A DNA stretch of 64,000 nucleotides. Source: Eledone cirrhosa. Its lineage: Eukaryota. The position numbers were made by a program, and so were the translations under genes. A model generated the notes under the pieces. The model was not told the origin of the DNA and did not search any database. It saw nothing but the letters and a program-made list of their open reading frames with translations. The first letter of the stretch is position 1; every line of letters starts with the position of its first letter. The stretch spans positions 376,712,001 to 376,776,000 of the forward strand of contig OZ024742.1 of assembly GCA_964016885.1 (NCBI GenBank), read 5' to 3'. Positions 15,201 through 30,200 of the stretch are shown here, piece by piece.

Positions 15201-18200
15201 AAAGCACCCAGCACACACTGTAAATGTGGTTGTGTAGGTGTCATGACAATAAGCACCTAGCACACACTGTAAAGTGGTGTTGTAGGTGTCATGAGAAAAA
15301 GCACCCAGCACACACTGTAAATGTGGTTCTGTTGGTGCCATGACAAAAAGCACCCAGCACACACTGTAAATGTGGTTGTGTAGGTGCCATGACAAAAAGC
15401 ACCCAGCACACACTGTAAATGTGGTTGTGTAGGTGTCATGACAAAAAGCACCCAGCACACACTGTAAATGTGGTTGTGTAGGTGCCATGACAAAAAGCAC
15501 CCAGCACACACTGTAAATGTGGTTGTGTAGGTGTCATGACAAAAAGCACCCAGCACACACTGTAAATGTGGTTGTGTAGGTGTCATGACAGAAAGCACCC
15601 AGCACACACTGTAAATGTGGTTGTGTAGGTGTCATGACAAAAAGCACCCAGCACACACTGTAAATGTGGTTGTGTAGGTGTCATGACAAAAAGCACCCAG
15701 CACACACTGTAAATGTGGTTGTGTTGGTGCCATGACAAAAAGCACCCAGCACACACTGTAAAGTGGTCTTGTAGGTGTCATGACAAAAAGCACCCAGCAC
15801 ACACTGTAAATGTGGTTGTGTAGGTGCCATGACAAAAAGCACCCAGCACACACTGTAAATGTGGTTGTGTAGGTGTCATGCAAAAAGCACCCAGCACACA
15901 CTGTAAATGTAGTTGTGTTGGTGACATGACGAAAAAGCACCCAGCACACACTGTAAATGTGGTTGTGTTGGTGCCATTTCAAAAAGCACCCAGCACACAC
16001 TGTAAATGTGGTTGTGTTGGTGACATGACAAAAAGCACCCAGCACACACTGTAAATGTGGTTGTGTAGGTGTCATGGCAAAAAGCACCCAGCACACAGTG
16101 TAAATGTGGTTGTGTTGGTGACATGACAAAAAGCACCTAGCACACAATGTAAATGTGGTCTTGTAGGTGTCATGACAAAAAGCACCTAGCACACACTGTA
16201 AAGTGGTCTTGTAGGTGCCATGACAAAAAGCATCCAGCACACACTGTAAATGTGGTTGTGTAGGTGTCATGACAAAAAGCACCCAGCACACACTGTAAAT
16301 GTGGTTGTGTAGGTGCCATGACAAAAAGCACCCAGCACACACTGTAAAGTGGTCTTGTAGGTGACATGACAAAAAGGACCCAGCACATACTGTAAATGTG
16401 GTTGTGCAGGTGCCATGCAAAAAGCACCCAGCACACATTGTAAATGTGGTTGTGTAGGTGCCATGACAAAAAGCACCCAGCACACACTGTAAATGTGGTT
16501 GTGTAGGTGCCATGACAAAAAGCACCCAGCACACACTGTAAATGTGGTTGTGTAGGTGTCATGACAAAAAGCACCCAGCACATACTGTAAAGTGGTTGTG
16601 TAGGTGTCATTTCAAAAAGCACCCAGCACACACTGTAAATGTGGTTGTGTTGGTGACATGACAAAAAGCACCTAGCACACACTGTAAATGTGGTTGTGTA
16701 GGTGCCATGACAAAAAGCACCCAGCACACACTGTAAATGTGGTTGTGTAGGTGCCATGACAAAAAGCACCCAGCACACACTGTAAATATGGTTGTGTAGG
16801 TGCCATGACAAAAAGCACCCAGCGCACACTGTAAATGTGGTTGTGTAGGTGCCATGACAAAAAGCACCCAGCGCACACTGTAAATGTGGTTGTGTAGGTG
16901 CCATGACAAAAAGCAGCCAGCACACACTGTAAATGTGGTTGTGTAGGTGCCATGACAAAAAGCACCTAGCACACACTGTAAATGTGGTTGTGTAGGTGCC
17001 ATTTTAAAAAGCACCCAGCACACACTGTAAAGTGGTCTTGTAGGTGTCATGACAAAAAGCACCCAGCACACACTGTAAACGTGGTTGTGTAGGTGTCATG
17101 ACAAAAAGCACCCAGCACACATTGTAAATGTGGTTGTGTAGGTGCCATGACAAAAAGCACCCAGCACACACTGTAAACGTGGTTGTGTAGGTGTCATGAC
17201 AAAAAGCACCCAGCACACACTGTAAAGTGGTCTTGTAGGTGCCATGACAAAAAGCACCCAGCACACAGTGTAAACGTGGTTGTGTAGGTGTCATGACAAA
17301 AAGCACCCAGCACACACTGTAAATGTGGTTGTGTAGGTGTCATGACAAAAAGCATCCAGCACACACTGTAAATGTGGTTGTGTTGGTGACATGACAAAAA
17401 GCATCCAGCACATACTGTAAATGTGGTTGTGTAGGTGCCATGACAAAAAGCATCCAGCACACACTGTAAATGTGGTTGTGTTGGTGACATGACAAAAAGC
17501 ATCCAGCACATACTGTAAATGTGGTTGTGTAGGTGCCATAACAAAAAGCACCCAGCACACACTGTAAATGTGGTTGTGTTGGTGACAGCAAAAAACATCC
17601 CGCACATACTGTAAATGTGGTTGTGTAGGTGCCATGACAAAAAGCTACCAGCACACACTGTAAATGTGGTTGTGTTGGTGACATTACAAAAAGCACCTAG
17701 CACACACTGTAAATGTGGTTGTTGTGGTGTCATGACAAAAAGCACCCAGCACATACTGTAAATGTGATTGTGTAGGTGTCATGACAAAAAGCACCCAGCA
17801 CACACTGTAAAGTGGTCTTGGAGGTGCCATGACAAAAAGCATCCAGCACACACTGTAAATGTGGTTGTGTTGGTGACATTACAAAAAGCACCCAGCACAA
17901 ACTGTAAATGTGGTCTTGTAGGTGACATGACAAAAAGCACCCAGCACATACTGTAGATGTAGTTGTGTAGGTGTCATGACAAAAAGCACCCAGCACACAC
18001 TGTAAAGTGGTGTTGTAGGTGTCATGACAAAAAGCACCTAGCACACACTGTAAAGTGGTGTTGTAGGTGCCATGACAAAAAGCACCCAGCACACACTGTA
18101 AATGTGGTTGTGTTGGTGTCATGAGAAAAAGCACCCAGCACACACTGTAAATGTGGTTGTGTAGGTGCCATGACAAAAAGCACCCAGCACACACTGTAAA

Positions 18201-21200
18201 TGTGGTTGTGTAGGTGTCATGACAGAAAGCACCCAGCACACACTGTAAATGTGGTTGTGTAGGTGTCATGACAAAAAGCACCCAGCACACATTGTAAATG
18301 TGGTTGTGTAGGTGTCATGACAAAAAGCACCTAGCACACACTGTAAAGTGGTGTTGTAGGTGTCATGAGAAAAAGCACCCAGCACACACTGTAAATGTGG
18401 TTCTGTTGGTGCCATGACAAAAAGCACCCAGCACACACTGTAAATGTGGTTGTGTAGGTGCCATGACAAAAAGCACCCAGCACACACTGTAAATGTGGTT
18501 GTGTAGGTGTCATGCCAAAAAGCACCCAGCACACACTGTAAATGTGGTTGTGTAGGTGTCATGACAAAAAGCACCCAGCACACACTGTAAATGTGGTTGT
18601 GTAGGTGCCATGACAAAAAGCACCCAGCACACACTGTAAATGTGGTTGTGTAGGTGTCATGACAAAAAGCACCCAGCACACACTGTAAATGTGGTTGTGT
18701 AGGTGTCATGACAGAAAGCACCCAGCACACACTGTAAATGTGGTTGTGTAGGTGTCATGACAAAAAGCACCCAGCACACACTGTAAATGTGGTTGTGTAG
18801 GTGTCATGACAAAAAGCACCCAGCACACACTGTAAATGTGGTTGTGTTGGTGCCATGACAAAAAGCACCCAGCACACACTGTAAAGTGGTCTTGTAGGTG
18901 TCATGACAAAAAGCACCCAGCACACACTGTAAATGTGGTTGTGTAGGTGCCAGACAAAAAGCACCCAGCACACACTGTAAATGTGGTTGTGTAGGTGTCA
19001 TGGCAAAAAGCACCCAGCACACACTGTAAATGTAGTTGTGTTGGTGACATGACGAAAAAGCACCCAGCACACACTGTAAATGTGGTTGTGTTGGTGCCAT
19101 TTCAAAAAGCACCCAGCACACACTGTAAATGTGGTTGTGTTGGTGACATGACAAAAAGCACCCAGCACACACTGTAAATGTGGTTGTGTAGGTGTCATGG
19201 CAAAAAGCACCCAGCACACAGTGTAAATGTGGTTGTGTAGGTGCCATGACAAAAAGCACCCAGCACACACTGTAAATATAGTTGTGTTGGTGACATGACG
19301 AACAAGCGCCCAGCACATACTGTAAATGTGGTTGTGTTGGTGTCATGACAAAAAGCACCCAACACACACTGTAAATGTGGTTGTGTTGGTGTCATGACAA
19401 AAAGCACCCAGCACCCACTGTAAATGTAGTTGTGTAGGTGCCATGACAAAAAGCACCTAACCCACATTGTAAATGTGGTTGTGTTGGTGACATGACAAAA
19501 AGCACCTAGCACACAATGTAAATGTGGTCTTGTAGGTGTCATGACAAAAAGCACCTAGCACACACTGTAAAGTGGTCTTGTAGGTGCCATGACAAAAAGC
19601 ATCCAGCACACACTGTAAATGTGGTTGTGTAGGTGTCATGACAAAAAGCACCTAGCACACACTGTAAATGTGGTTGTGTAGGTGTCATGACAAAAAGCAC
19701 CTAGCACACACTGTAAATGTGGTTGTGTTGGTGACATGACAAAAAGCACCCAGCACATACTGTAAGTGTGGTTGTGTTGGTGTCATGACAAAAAGCACCC
19801 AGCACATACTGTAAATGTGGTGGTGTAGGTGCCATGACAAAAGCACCCAGCACACACTGTAAAGTGGTCTTGTAGGTGTCATGACAAAAAGCACCCAGCA
19901 CACACTGTAAAGTGGTCTTGTAGGTGTCATGACAAAAAGCACCCAGCACACACTGTAAATGTGCTTGTGTAGGTGCCATGACAAAAAGCACCCAGCACAC
20001 ACTGTAAAGTGGTCTTGTAGGTGACATGACAAAAAGGATCCAGCACATACTGTAAATGTGGTTGTGCAGGTGCCACGCAAAAAGCACCCAGCACACATTG
20101 TAAATGTGGTTGTGTAGGTGCCATGACAAAAAGCACCCAGCACACACTGTAAATGTGGTTGTGTAGGTGCCATGACAAAAAGCACCCAGCACACACTGTA
20201 AAGTGGTCTTGTAGGTGACATGACAAAAAGGACCCAGCACATACTGTAAATGTGGTTGTGCAGGTGCCACGCAAAAAGCACCCAGCACACATTGTAAATG
20301 TGGTTGTGTAGGTGCCATGACAAAAAGCACCCAGCACACACTGTAAATGTGGTTGTGTAGGTGCCATGACAAAAAGCACCCAGCACACACTGTAAATGTG
20401 GTTGTGTAGGTGTCATGACAAAAAGCACCCAGCACACACTGTAAAGTGGTTGTGTAGGTGTCATTTCAAAAAGCACACAGCACACACTGTAAATGTGGTT
20501 GTGTTGGTGACATGACAAAAAGCACCTAGCACACACTGTAAATGTGGTTGTGTAGGTGCCATGACAAAAAGCACCCAGCACACACTGTAAATGTGATTGT
20601 GTAGGTGCCATGACAAAAAGCACCCAGCACACACTGTAAATATGGTTGTGTAGGTGCCATGACAAAAAGCACCCAGCGCACACTGTAAATGTGGTTGTGT
20701 AGGTGCCATGACAAAAAGCACCCAGCGCACACTGTAAATGTGGTTGTGTAGGTGCCATGACAAAAAGCAGCCAGCTCACACTGTAAATGTGGTTGTGTAG
20801 GTGCCATGACAAAAAGCACCTAGCACACACTGTAAATGTGGTTGTGTAGGTGCCATTTTAAAAAGCACCCAGCACACACTGTAAAGTGGTCTTGTAGGTG
20901 TCATGACAAAAAGCACCCAGCACACACTGTAAACGTGGTTGTGTAGGTGTCATGACAAAAAGCACCCAGCACACACTGTAAATGTGGTTGTGTAGGTGTC
21001 ATGACAAAAAGCACCCAGCACACAGTGTAAATGTGGTTGTGTTGGTGACATGACGAACAAGCACCCAGCACATACTGTAAATGTGGTTGTGTTGGTGTCA
21101 TGACAAAAAGCACCCAACACACACTGTAAATGTGGTTGTGTTGGTGTCATGACAAAAAGCACCCAGCACCCACTGTAAATGTAGTTGTGTAGGTGCCATG

Positions 21201-24200
21201 ACAAAAAAGCACCTAACCCACATTGTAAATGTGGTTGTGTTGGTGACATGACAAAAAGCACCTAGCACACACTGTAAATGTGGTCTTGTAGGTGTCATGA
21301 CAAAAAGCACCTAGCACACACTGTAAAGTGGTCTTGTAGGTGCCATGACAAAAAGCATCAAGCACACACTGTAAATGTGGTTGTGTAGGTGTCATGACAA
21401 AAAGCACCTAGCACACACTGTAAATGTGGTTGTGTAGGTGTCATGACAAAAAGCACCTAGCACACACTGTAAATGTGGTTGTGTTGGTGCCATGACAAAA
21501 AGCACCCAGCACACACTGTAAATGTAGTTGTGTTGGTGACATGACAAAAAGCACCCAGCACATACTGTAAATGTGGTGGTGTAGGTGTCATGGCAAAAAG
21601 CACCCAGCACACACTGTAAAGTGGTCTTGTAGGTGTCATGACAAAAAGCACCCAGCACACACTGTAAAGTGGTCTTGTAGGTGTCATGACAAAAGGCACC
21701 CAGCACATACTGTAAATGTGGTTGTGTAGGTGTCATGCAAAAAGCACCCAGCACACACTGTAAATGTGGTTGTGTAGGTGACATGACAAAAAGCACCCAG
21801 CACACACTGTAAATGTGGTTATGTAGGTGTCATGGCAAAAAGCACCCAGCCCACACTGTAAATGTGGTTGTGTAGGTGCCATGACAAAAAGCACCCAGCA
21901 CACACTGTAAATGTGGTTGTGTAGGTGTCATGCAAAAAGCACCCAGCACACACTGTAAATGTGGTTGTGTAGGTGTCATGCAAAAAGCACCCAGCACACA
22001 CTGTAAATGTGGTTGTGTAGGTGACATGACAAAAAGCACCCAGCACACACTGTAAATATGGTTATGTAGGTGTCATGGCAAAAAGCACCCAGCACACACT
22101 GTAAATGTGGTTGTGTAGGTGCCATGACAAAAAGCACCCAGCACACACTGTAAATGTGGTTGTGTAGGTGTCTTGCAAAAAGCACCCAGCACACACTGTA
22201 AATGTGGTTGTGTAGGTGCCATGACAAAAAGCACCCAGCACACACTGTAAATGTGGTTGTGTAGGTGCCATGACAAAAAGCACCCAGAACACACTGTAAA
22301 TGTGGTTGTGTAGGTGCCATGACAAAAAGCACCCAGCACACACTGTAAATGTGGTTGTGTAGGTGCCATGACAAAAAGCACCCAGTCCACATTGTAAATG
22401 TGGTTGTTGTGGTGTCATGACAAAAAGCACCCAGCACACACTGTAAACGTGGTTGTGTTGGTGCCATCACAAAAAGCACCCAGCACACACTGTAAAGTGG
22501 TCTTGTAGGTGACATGACAAAAAGCACCCAGCACATACTGTAAATGTGGTTGTGTAGGTGTCATGCAAAAAGCACCCAGCACACACTGTAAATGTGGTTG
22601 TGTAGGTGACATGTCAAAAAGCACCCAGCACACACTGTAAATGTGGTTATGTAGGTGTCATGGCAAAAAGCACCCAGCACACACTGTAAATGTGGTTGTG
22701 TAGGTGCCATGACAAAAAGCACCCAGCACACACTGTAAATGTGGTTGTGTAGGTGTCATGCAAAAAGCACCCAGCACACACTGTAAATGTGGTTGTGTAG
22801 GTGTCATGCAAAAAGCACCCAGCACACACTGTAAATGTGGTTGTGTAGGTGACATGACAAAAAGCACCCAGCACACACTGTAAATGTGGTTGTGTAGGTG
22901 TCATGCAAAAAGCACCCAGCACACACTGTAAATGTGGTTGTGTAGGTGTCATGCAAAAAGCACCCAGCACACACTGTAAATGTGGTTGTGTAGGTGACAT
23001 GACAAAAAGCACCCAGCACACACTGTAAATGTGGTTATGTAGGTGTCATGGCAAAAAGCACCCAGCACACACTGTAAATGTGGTTGTATAGGTGCCATGA
23101 CAAAAAGCACCCAGCACACACTGTAAATGTGGTTGTGTAGGTGCCATGACAAAGAGCACCTAGCACACACTGTAAATGTAGTTGTGTTGGTGACATGACG
23201 AAAAAGCACCCAGCACACACTGTAAATGTGATTGTGTAGGTGCCATGACAAAAAGCACCTAACACACACTGTAAATGTGGTTGTGTTGGTTACATTTCAA
23301 AAAGCACCTAGCACACACTGTAAATGTGGTTGTGTAGGTGCCATGACAAAGAGCACCTAGCACACACTGTAAATGTAGTTGTGTTGGTGACATGACGAAA
23401 AAGCACCCAGCACACACTGTAAATGTGGTTGTGTAGGTTCCATTGCAAAAAGCACCCAGCACACAGTGTAAATGTGGTTGTGTTGGTGTCATGACAAAAA
23501 GCACCCAGCACCCACTGTAAATGTAGTTGTGTAGGTGCCATGACAAAAAGCACCTAACCCACATTGTAAATGTGGTTGTGTTGGTGACATGACAAAAAGC
23601 ACCTAGCACACACTGTAAATGTGGTTGTGTTGGTGACATGCAAAAAGCACCCAGCACACACTGTAAATGTGGTTGTGTTGGTGTCATGACAAAAAGCACC
23701 TAGCACACACTGTAAATGTGGTTGTGTAGGTGACATGACAAAAAGCACCCTGCACAGACTGTAAATGTGGTTGTGTAGGTGTCATGACAAAAAGCATCCA
23801 GCACATACTGTAAATGTGGTTGTGTTGGTGACATGACAAAAAGCACCCAGCACATACTGTAAATGTGGTTGTGTAGGTGACATGACAAAAAGCACCCAGC
23901 ACATACTGTAAATGTGGTTGTGTTGGTGACATGACAAAAAGCACCCAGCACATACTGTAAATGTGGTTGTGTAGGTGCCATAGCAAAAAGCACCCAGCAC
24001 ACACTGTAAATGTGGTTGTGTTGGTGCCATGATAAAAAGCACCCAGCACACACTGTAAATGTGGTTGTGTAGGTGCCATGACAAAAAGCACCCAGCACAC
24101 ACTGTAAATGTGGTTGTGTAGGTGCCATGACAAAAAGCACCCAGCACACACTGTAAATGTGGTTGTGTAGGTGTCATGACAGAAAGCACCCAGCACACAC

Positions 24201-27200
24201 TGTAAATGTGGTTGTGTTGGTGACAAGACAAAAAGCACCCAGCACACACTGTAAATGTGGTTGTGTAGGTGCCATGACAAAAAGCACCCAGCACACACTG
24301 TAAATGTGGTTGTGTAGGTGCCATGACAAAAAGCACCCAGCACACACTGTAAATATGGTTGTGTTGGTGACATGACAAAAAGCACCCAGCACACACTGTA
24401 AATGTGGTTGTTGTGGTGTCATGACAAAAAGCACCCAGCACACACTGTAAATGTGGTTGTGTAGGTGCCATGCAAAAAGCACCTAGCCCACATTGTAAAT
24501 GTGGTTGTGTAGGTGTCATGACAAAAAGCACCCAGCACACACTGTAAATGTGGTTGTGTAGGTGTCATGACAAAAAGCACCTAACCCACACTGTAAATGT
24601 GGTTGTGTTGGTGACATGACAAAAAGCACCCAGCACACACTGTAAATGTGGTTGTGTAGGTGTCATGACAAAAAGCACCTAACCCACACTGTAAATGTGG
24701 TTGTGTTGGTGACATGACAAAAAGCACCCAGCACACACTGTAAATGTGGTTGTGTAGGTGTCATGACAAAAAGCATCCAGCACACACTGTAAATGTGGTT
24801 GTGTAGGTGTCATGACAAAAAGCACCTAACCCACACTGTAAATGTGGTTGTGTTGGTGACATGACAAAAAGCACCCAGCACACACTGTAAATGTGGTTGT
24901 GTAGGTGTCATGTCAAAAAGCACCCAGCACACAGTGTAAATGTGGTTGTGTAGGTGTCATGTCAAAAAGCACCTAGCACACACTGTAAATGTGGTTGTGT
25001 AGGTGTCATGTCAAAAAGCACCTAGCACACACTGTAAATGTGGTTGTGTAGGTGTCATGTCAAAAAGCACCTAGCACACACTGTAAATGTGGTTGTGTAG
25101 GTGTCATGACAAAAAGCACCCAGCACACACTGTAAATGTGGTTGTGTAGGTGTCATGCAAAAAGCATCCAGCACACACTGTAAATGTGGTTGTGTAGGTG
25201 TCATGTCAAAAAGCACCCAGCACATACTGTAAATGTGGTTGTGTAGGTGTCATGACAAAAAGCACCCAGCACACACTGTAAATGTGGTTGTGTAGATGTC
25301 ATGACAAAAAGCACCCAGCACACACTGTAAATGTGGTTGTGTAGGTGCCATGGCAAAAAGCACCCAGCACACACTGTAAATGTGGTTGTGTAGGTGTCAT
25401 GACAAAAAGCACCCAGCACACACTGTAAATGTGGTTGTGTAGGTGCCATGACAAAAAGCACCCAGCACACACTGTAAAGTGGTCTTGTAGGTGTCATGAC
25501 AAAAAGTACCCAGCACACACTGTAAATGTGGTTGTGTAGGTGCCATGACAAAAAGCACCTAGCACACACTGTAAATGTAGTTGTGTTGGTGACATGAAAA
25601 AAAGCACCCAGCACACACTGTAAATGTGGTTGTGTAGGTGTCATGACAAAAAGCACCCAGCACACACTGTAAATGTGATTGTGTAGGTGCCATGACAAAA
25701 AGCACCTAGCACACACTGTAAATGTAGTTGTGTTGGTGACATGACAGAAAGCACCCAGCACACACTGTAAATGTGGTTGTGTAGGTGCCATGACAAAAAG
25801 CACCTAGCACACACTGTAAATGTAGTTGTGTTGGTGACATGACAGAAAGCACCCAGCACACACTGTAAATGTGGTTGTGTAGGTGCCATGACAAAAAGCA
25901 CCTAGCACACACTGTAAATGTAGTTGTGTTGGTGACATGACAAAAAGCACACTGCACATACTGTAAATGTGGTTGTGTAGGTGCCATTTCAAAAAGCACC
26001 CAGCACACACTGTAAATGTGGTTGTGTAGGTGTCATGACAAAAAGCACCTAACCCACATTGTAAATGTGGTTGTGTTGGTGACATGACAAAAAACACCCA
26101 GCCCACGTTGTAAATGTGGTTGTGTAGGTGCCATGACAAAAAGCACCCAGCACACACTGTAAAGTAATGTTGTAGGTGCCATGACAAAAAGCACCCAGCA
26201 CACACTGTAAATGTGGTTGTGTAGGTGTCATGTCAAAAAGCACCTAGCACACACTGTAAATGTGGTTGTGTAGGTGTCATGTCAAAAAGCACCTAGCACA
26301 CACTGTAAATGTGGTTGTGTAGGTGTCATGACAAAAAGCACCCAGCACACACTGTAAATGTGGTTGTGTAGGTGTCATGCAAAAAGCACCCAGCACACAC
26401 TGTAAATGTGGTTGTGTAGGTGTCATGTAAAAAAGCACCCAGCACATACTGTAAATGTGGTTGTGTAGGTGTCATGACAAAAAGCACCCAGCACACACTG
26501 TAAATGTGGTTGTGTAGGTGTCATGACAAAAAGCACCCAGCACACACTGTAAATGTGGTTGTGTAGGTGCCATGACAAAAAGCACCCAGCACACACTGTA
26601 TATGTGGTTGTGTAGGTGTCATGACAAAAAGCACCTAGCACACACTGTAAATGTAGTTGTGTTGGTGACATGACAAAAAGCACCCTGCACATACTGTAAA
26701 TGTGGTTGTGTAGGTGCCATTTCAAAAAGCACCCAGCACACACTGTAAATGTGGTTGTGTAGGTGTCATGACAAAAAGCACCTAACCCACATTGTAAATG
26801 TGGTTGTGTTGGTGACATGACAAAAAGCACCCAGCCCACGTTGTAAATGTGGTTGTGTAGGTGCCATGACAAAAAGCACCCAGCACCCACTGTAAAGTAA
26901 TCTTGTAGGTGCCATGACAAAAAGCACCCAGCACACACTGTAAATGTGGTTGTGTAGGTGCCATGACAAAAAGCACCAAGCACACGCTGTAAAGTGGTCT
27001 TGTAGGTGTCATGACAAAAAGCACCCAGCACACACTGTAAATGTGGTTGTGTAGGTGCCATGACAAAAAGCACCCAGCACACACTGTAAATGTGGTTGTG
27101 TTGGTGACATTTCAAAAAGCACCTAGCACACACTGTAAATGTGGTTGTGTAGGTGTCATGACAAAAAGCATCCAGCACACACTGTAAAGTGGTCTTGTAG

Positions 27201-30200
27201 GTGCCATGACAAAAAGCATCCAGCACACACTGTAAATGTGGTTGTGTAGGTGCCATTTCAAAAAGCACCCAGCACACACTGTAAATGTGGTTGTGTTGGT
27301 GCCATGACAAAAAGCACCCAGCACACACTGTAAATGTGGTTGTGTAGGTGCCATTTCAAAAAGCACCCAGCACACACTGTAAATGTGGTTGTGTTGGTGA
27401 CATGCAAAAAGCACCCAGCACATACTGTAAATGTGGTTGTGTAGGTGCCATGACAAAAAGCACCTAGCACACACTGTAAATGTAGTTGTGTTGGTGACAT
27501 GACAAAAAGCACCCTGCACATACTGTAAAGTGGTCTTGTAGGTGCCATGACAAAAAGCACCTAGCACACACTGTAAAGTGGTCTTGTAGGTGCCATTTCA
27601 AAAAGCACCTAGCACACACTGTAAAGTGGTCTTGTAGGTGCCATGACAAAAAGCACCTAGCACACACTGTAAAGTGGTCTTGTAGGTGTCATGACAAAAA
27701 GCACCCAGCACACACTGTAAATGTGGTTGTGTAGGTGCCATGACAAAAAGCACCTAGCACACACTGTAAATGTAGTTGTGTTGGTGACATGACAAAAAGC
27801 ACCCAGCACACACTGTAAATGTGGTTGTGTAGGTGTCATGACAAAAAGCACCCAGCACACGCTGTAAATGTGGTTGTGTAGGTGCCATGACACAAAGCAG
27901 CTAGCACACACTGTAAATTTAGTTGTGTTGGTGACATGACAAAAAGCACCCAGCACACACTGTAAATGTGGTTGTGTAGGTGTCATGACAAAAAGCACCC
28001 AGCACACACTGTAAATGTGATTGTGTAGGTGTCATGACAAAAAGCACCCAGCCCACGTTGTAAATGTGGTTGTGTAGGTGCCATGACAAAAAGCACCCAG
28101 CACACACTGTAAAGTAATCTTGTAGGTGCCATGACAAAAAGCACCTAGCCCACACTGTAAATGTGGTTGTGTTGGTGACAGCAAAAAACATCCCGCACAC
28201 ACTGTAAATGTGGTTGTGTAGGTGCCATAACAAAAAGCACCCAGCACACACTGTAAATGTGGTTGTGTTGGTGACAGCAAAAAACATCCCGCACACACTG
28301 TAAATGTGGTTGTGTAGGTGCCATAACAAAAAGCACCCAGCACACACTGTAAATGTGGTTGTGTTGGTGACAGCAAAAAACATCCCGCACACAATGTAAA
28401 TGTGGTTGTGTAGGTGCCATGACAAAAAGCACCCAGCACGCACTGTAAATGTGGTTGTGTAGGTGCCATGACAAAAAGCACCCAGCACACACTGTAAATG
28501 TGGTTGTGTAGGTGCCATTTCAAAAAGCACCCAGCACACACTGTAAATGTGGTTGTGTTGGTGATATGACAAAAAGCATCCAGCACACACTGTAAATGTG
28601 GTTGTGTAGGTGACATGACAAAAAGCACCCAGCACACAGTGTAAATGTGGTTGTGTAGGTGTCATGCAAAAAACTCCCAGCACACAATGTAAATGTGATT
28701 GTTGTGGTGTCATGACAGAAAGCACCCAGCACACACTGTAAATGTGGTTGTGTTGGTAACATGACAAAAAGCACCTAGCACACACTGTAAATGTGGTTGT
28801 GTAGGTGTCAGGACAAAAGCACCCAGCACACACTGTAAATATTGTTGTGTTGGTGCCATGACAAAAAGCACCCAGCACACACTGTAAATGTAGTTGTGTT
28901 GGTGTCATGACAAAAGCACCCAGCACACACTGTAAATGTTGTTGTGTAGGTGCCATGACAAAAAGCACCCAGCACACACTGTAAATGTGGTTGTGTTGGT
29001 GACATGACAAAAAGCAGCCAGCACACACTGTAAATGTGGTTGTGTAGGTGCCATGACAAAAAGCACCCAGCACACACTGTAAATGTGGTTGTGTAGGTGC
29101 CATGACAAAAAGCACCCAGCACACACTGTAAATGTGGTTGTGTTGGTGACATGACAAAAAGCACCCAGCACACACTGTAAATGTGGTTGTGTAGTTGCCA
29201 TGACAAAAAGCACCCAGCACACACTGTAAATATGGTTGTGTTGGTGACATGACAAAAAGCACCCAGCACACACTGTAAATGTGGTTGTGTAGGTGTCATG
29301 ACAAAAAGCACCCAGCACACACTGTAAATGTGGTTGTGTAGGTCTCATGACAAAAAGCACCCAGCACACACTGTAAATGTGGTTGTGTAGGTGTCATGAA
29401 AAAAACCACCCAGCACACACTGTAAATGTGGTTGTGTTGGTGACATGACAAAAAGCATCCAGCACACACTGTAAATGTGGTTGTGTAGGTGACATGACAA
29501 AAAGCACCCAGCACACACTGTAAATGTGGTTGTGTAGGTGTCATGACAAAAAGCACCCAGCACACACTGTAAATGTGGTTGTGTAGGTGTCATGACAAAA
29601 AGCACCCAGCACACACTGTAAATGTGGTTGTGTAGGTGTCATGACAAAAAGCACCCAGCACACACTGTAAATGTGGTTGTGTAGATGTCATTTCAAAAAG
29701 CACCCAGCACACACTGTAAATGTGATTGTGTAGGTGCCATTTCAAAAAGCACCCAACACACACTGTAAATGTGGTTGTGTTGGTGACATGACAAAAAGCA
29801 TCCACCACACACTGTAAATGTGGTCTTGTAGGAGACATGACAAAAAGCACCCAGCACATACTGTAAATGTAGTTGTGTAGGTGTCATGACAAAAAGCACC
29901 CAGCACACACTGTAAATGTGGTTGTGTAGGTGTCATGACAAAAAGCACCCAGCACACACTGTAAATGTGGTTGTGTAGGTGCCATGACAAAAAGCACCTA
30001 GCCCACACTGTAAATGTGGTTGTGTAGGTGCCATGATGAAAAGCACCTAGCACACACTGTAAATGTGGTTGTGTAGGTGCCATGACAAAAAGCACCTAGC
30101 ACACACTGTAAATGTGGTTGCGTTGGTGTCATGACAAAAAGCACCCAGCACACACTGTAAATGTGGTTGTGTAGGTGCCATGACAAAAAGCACCTAGCCC

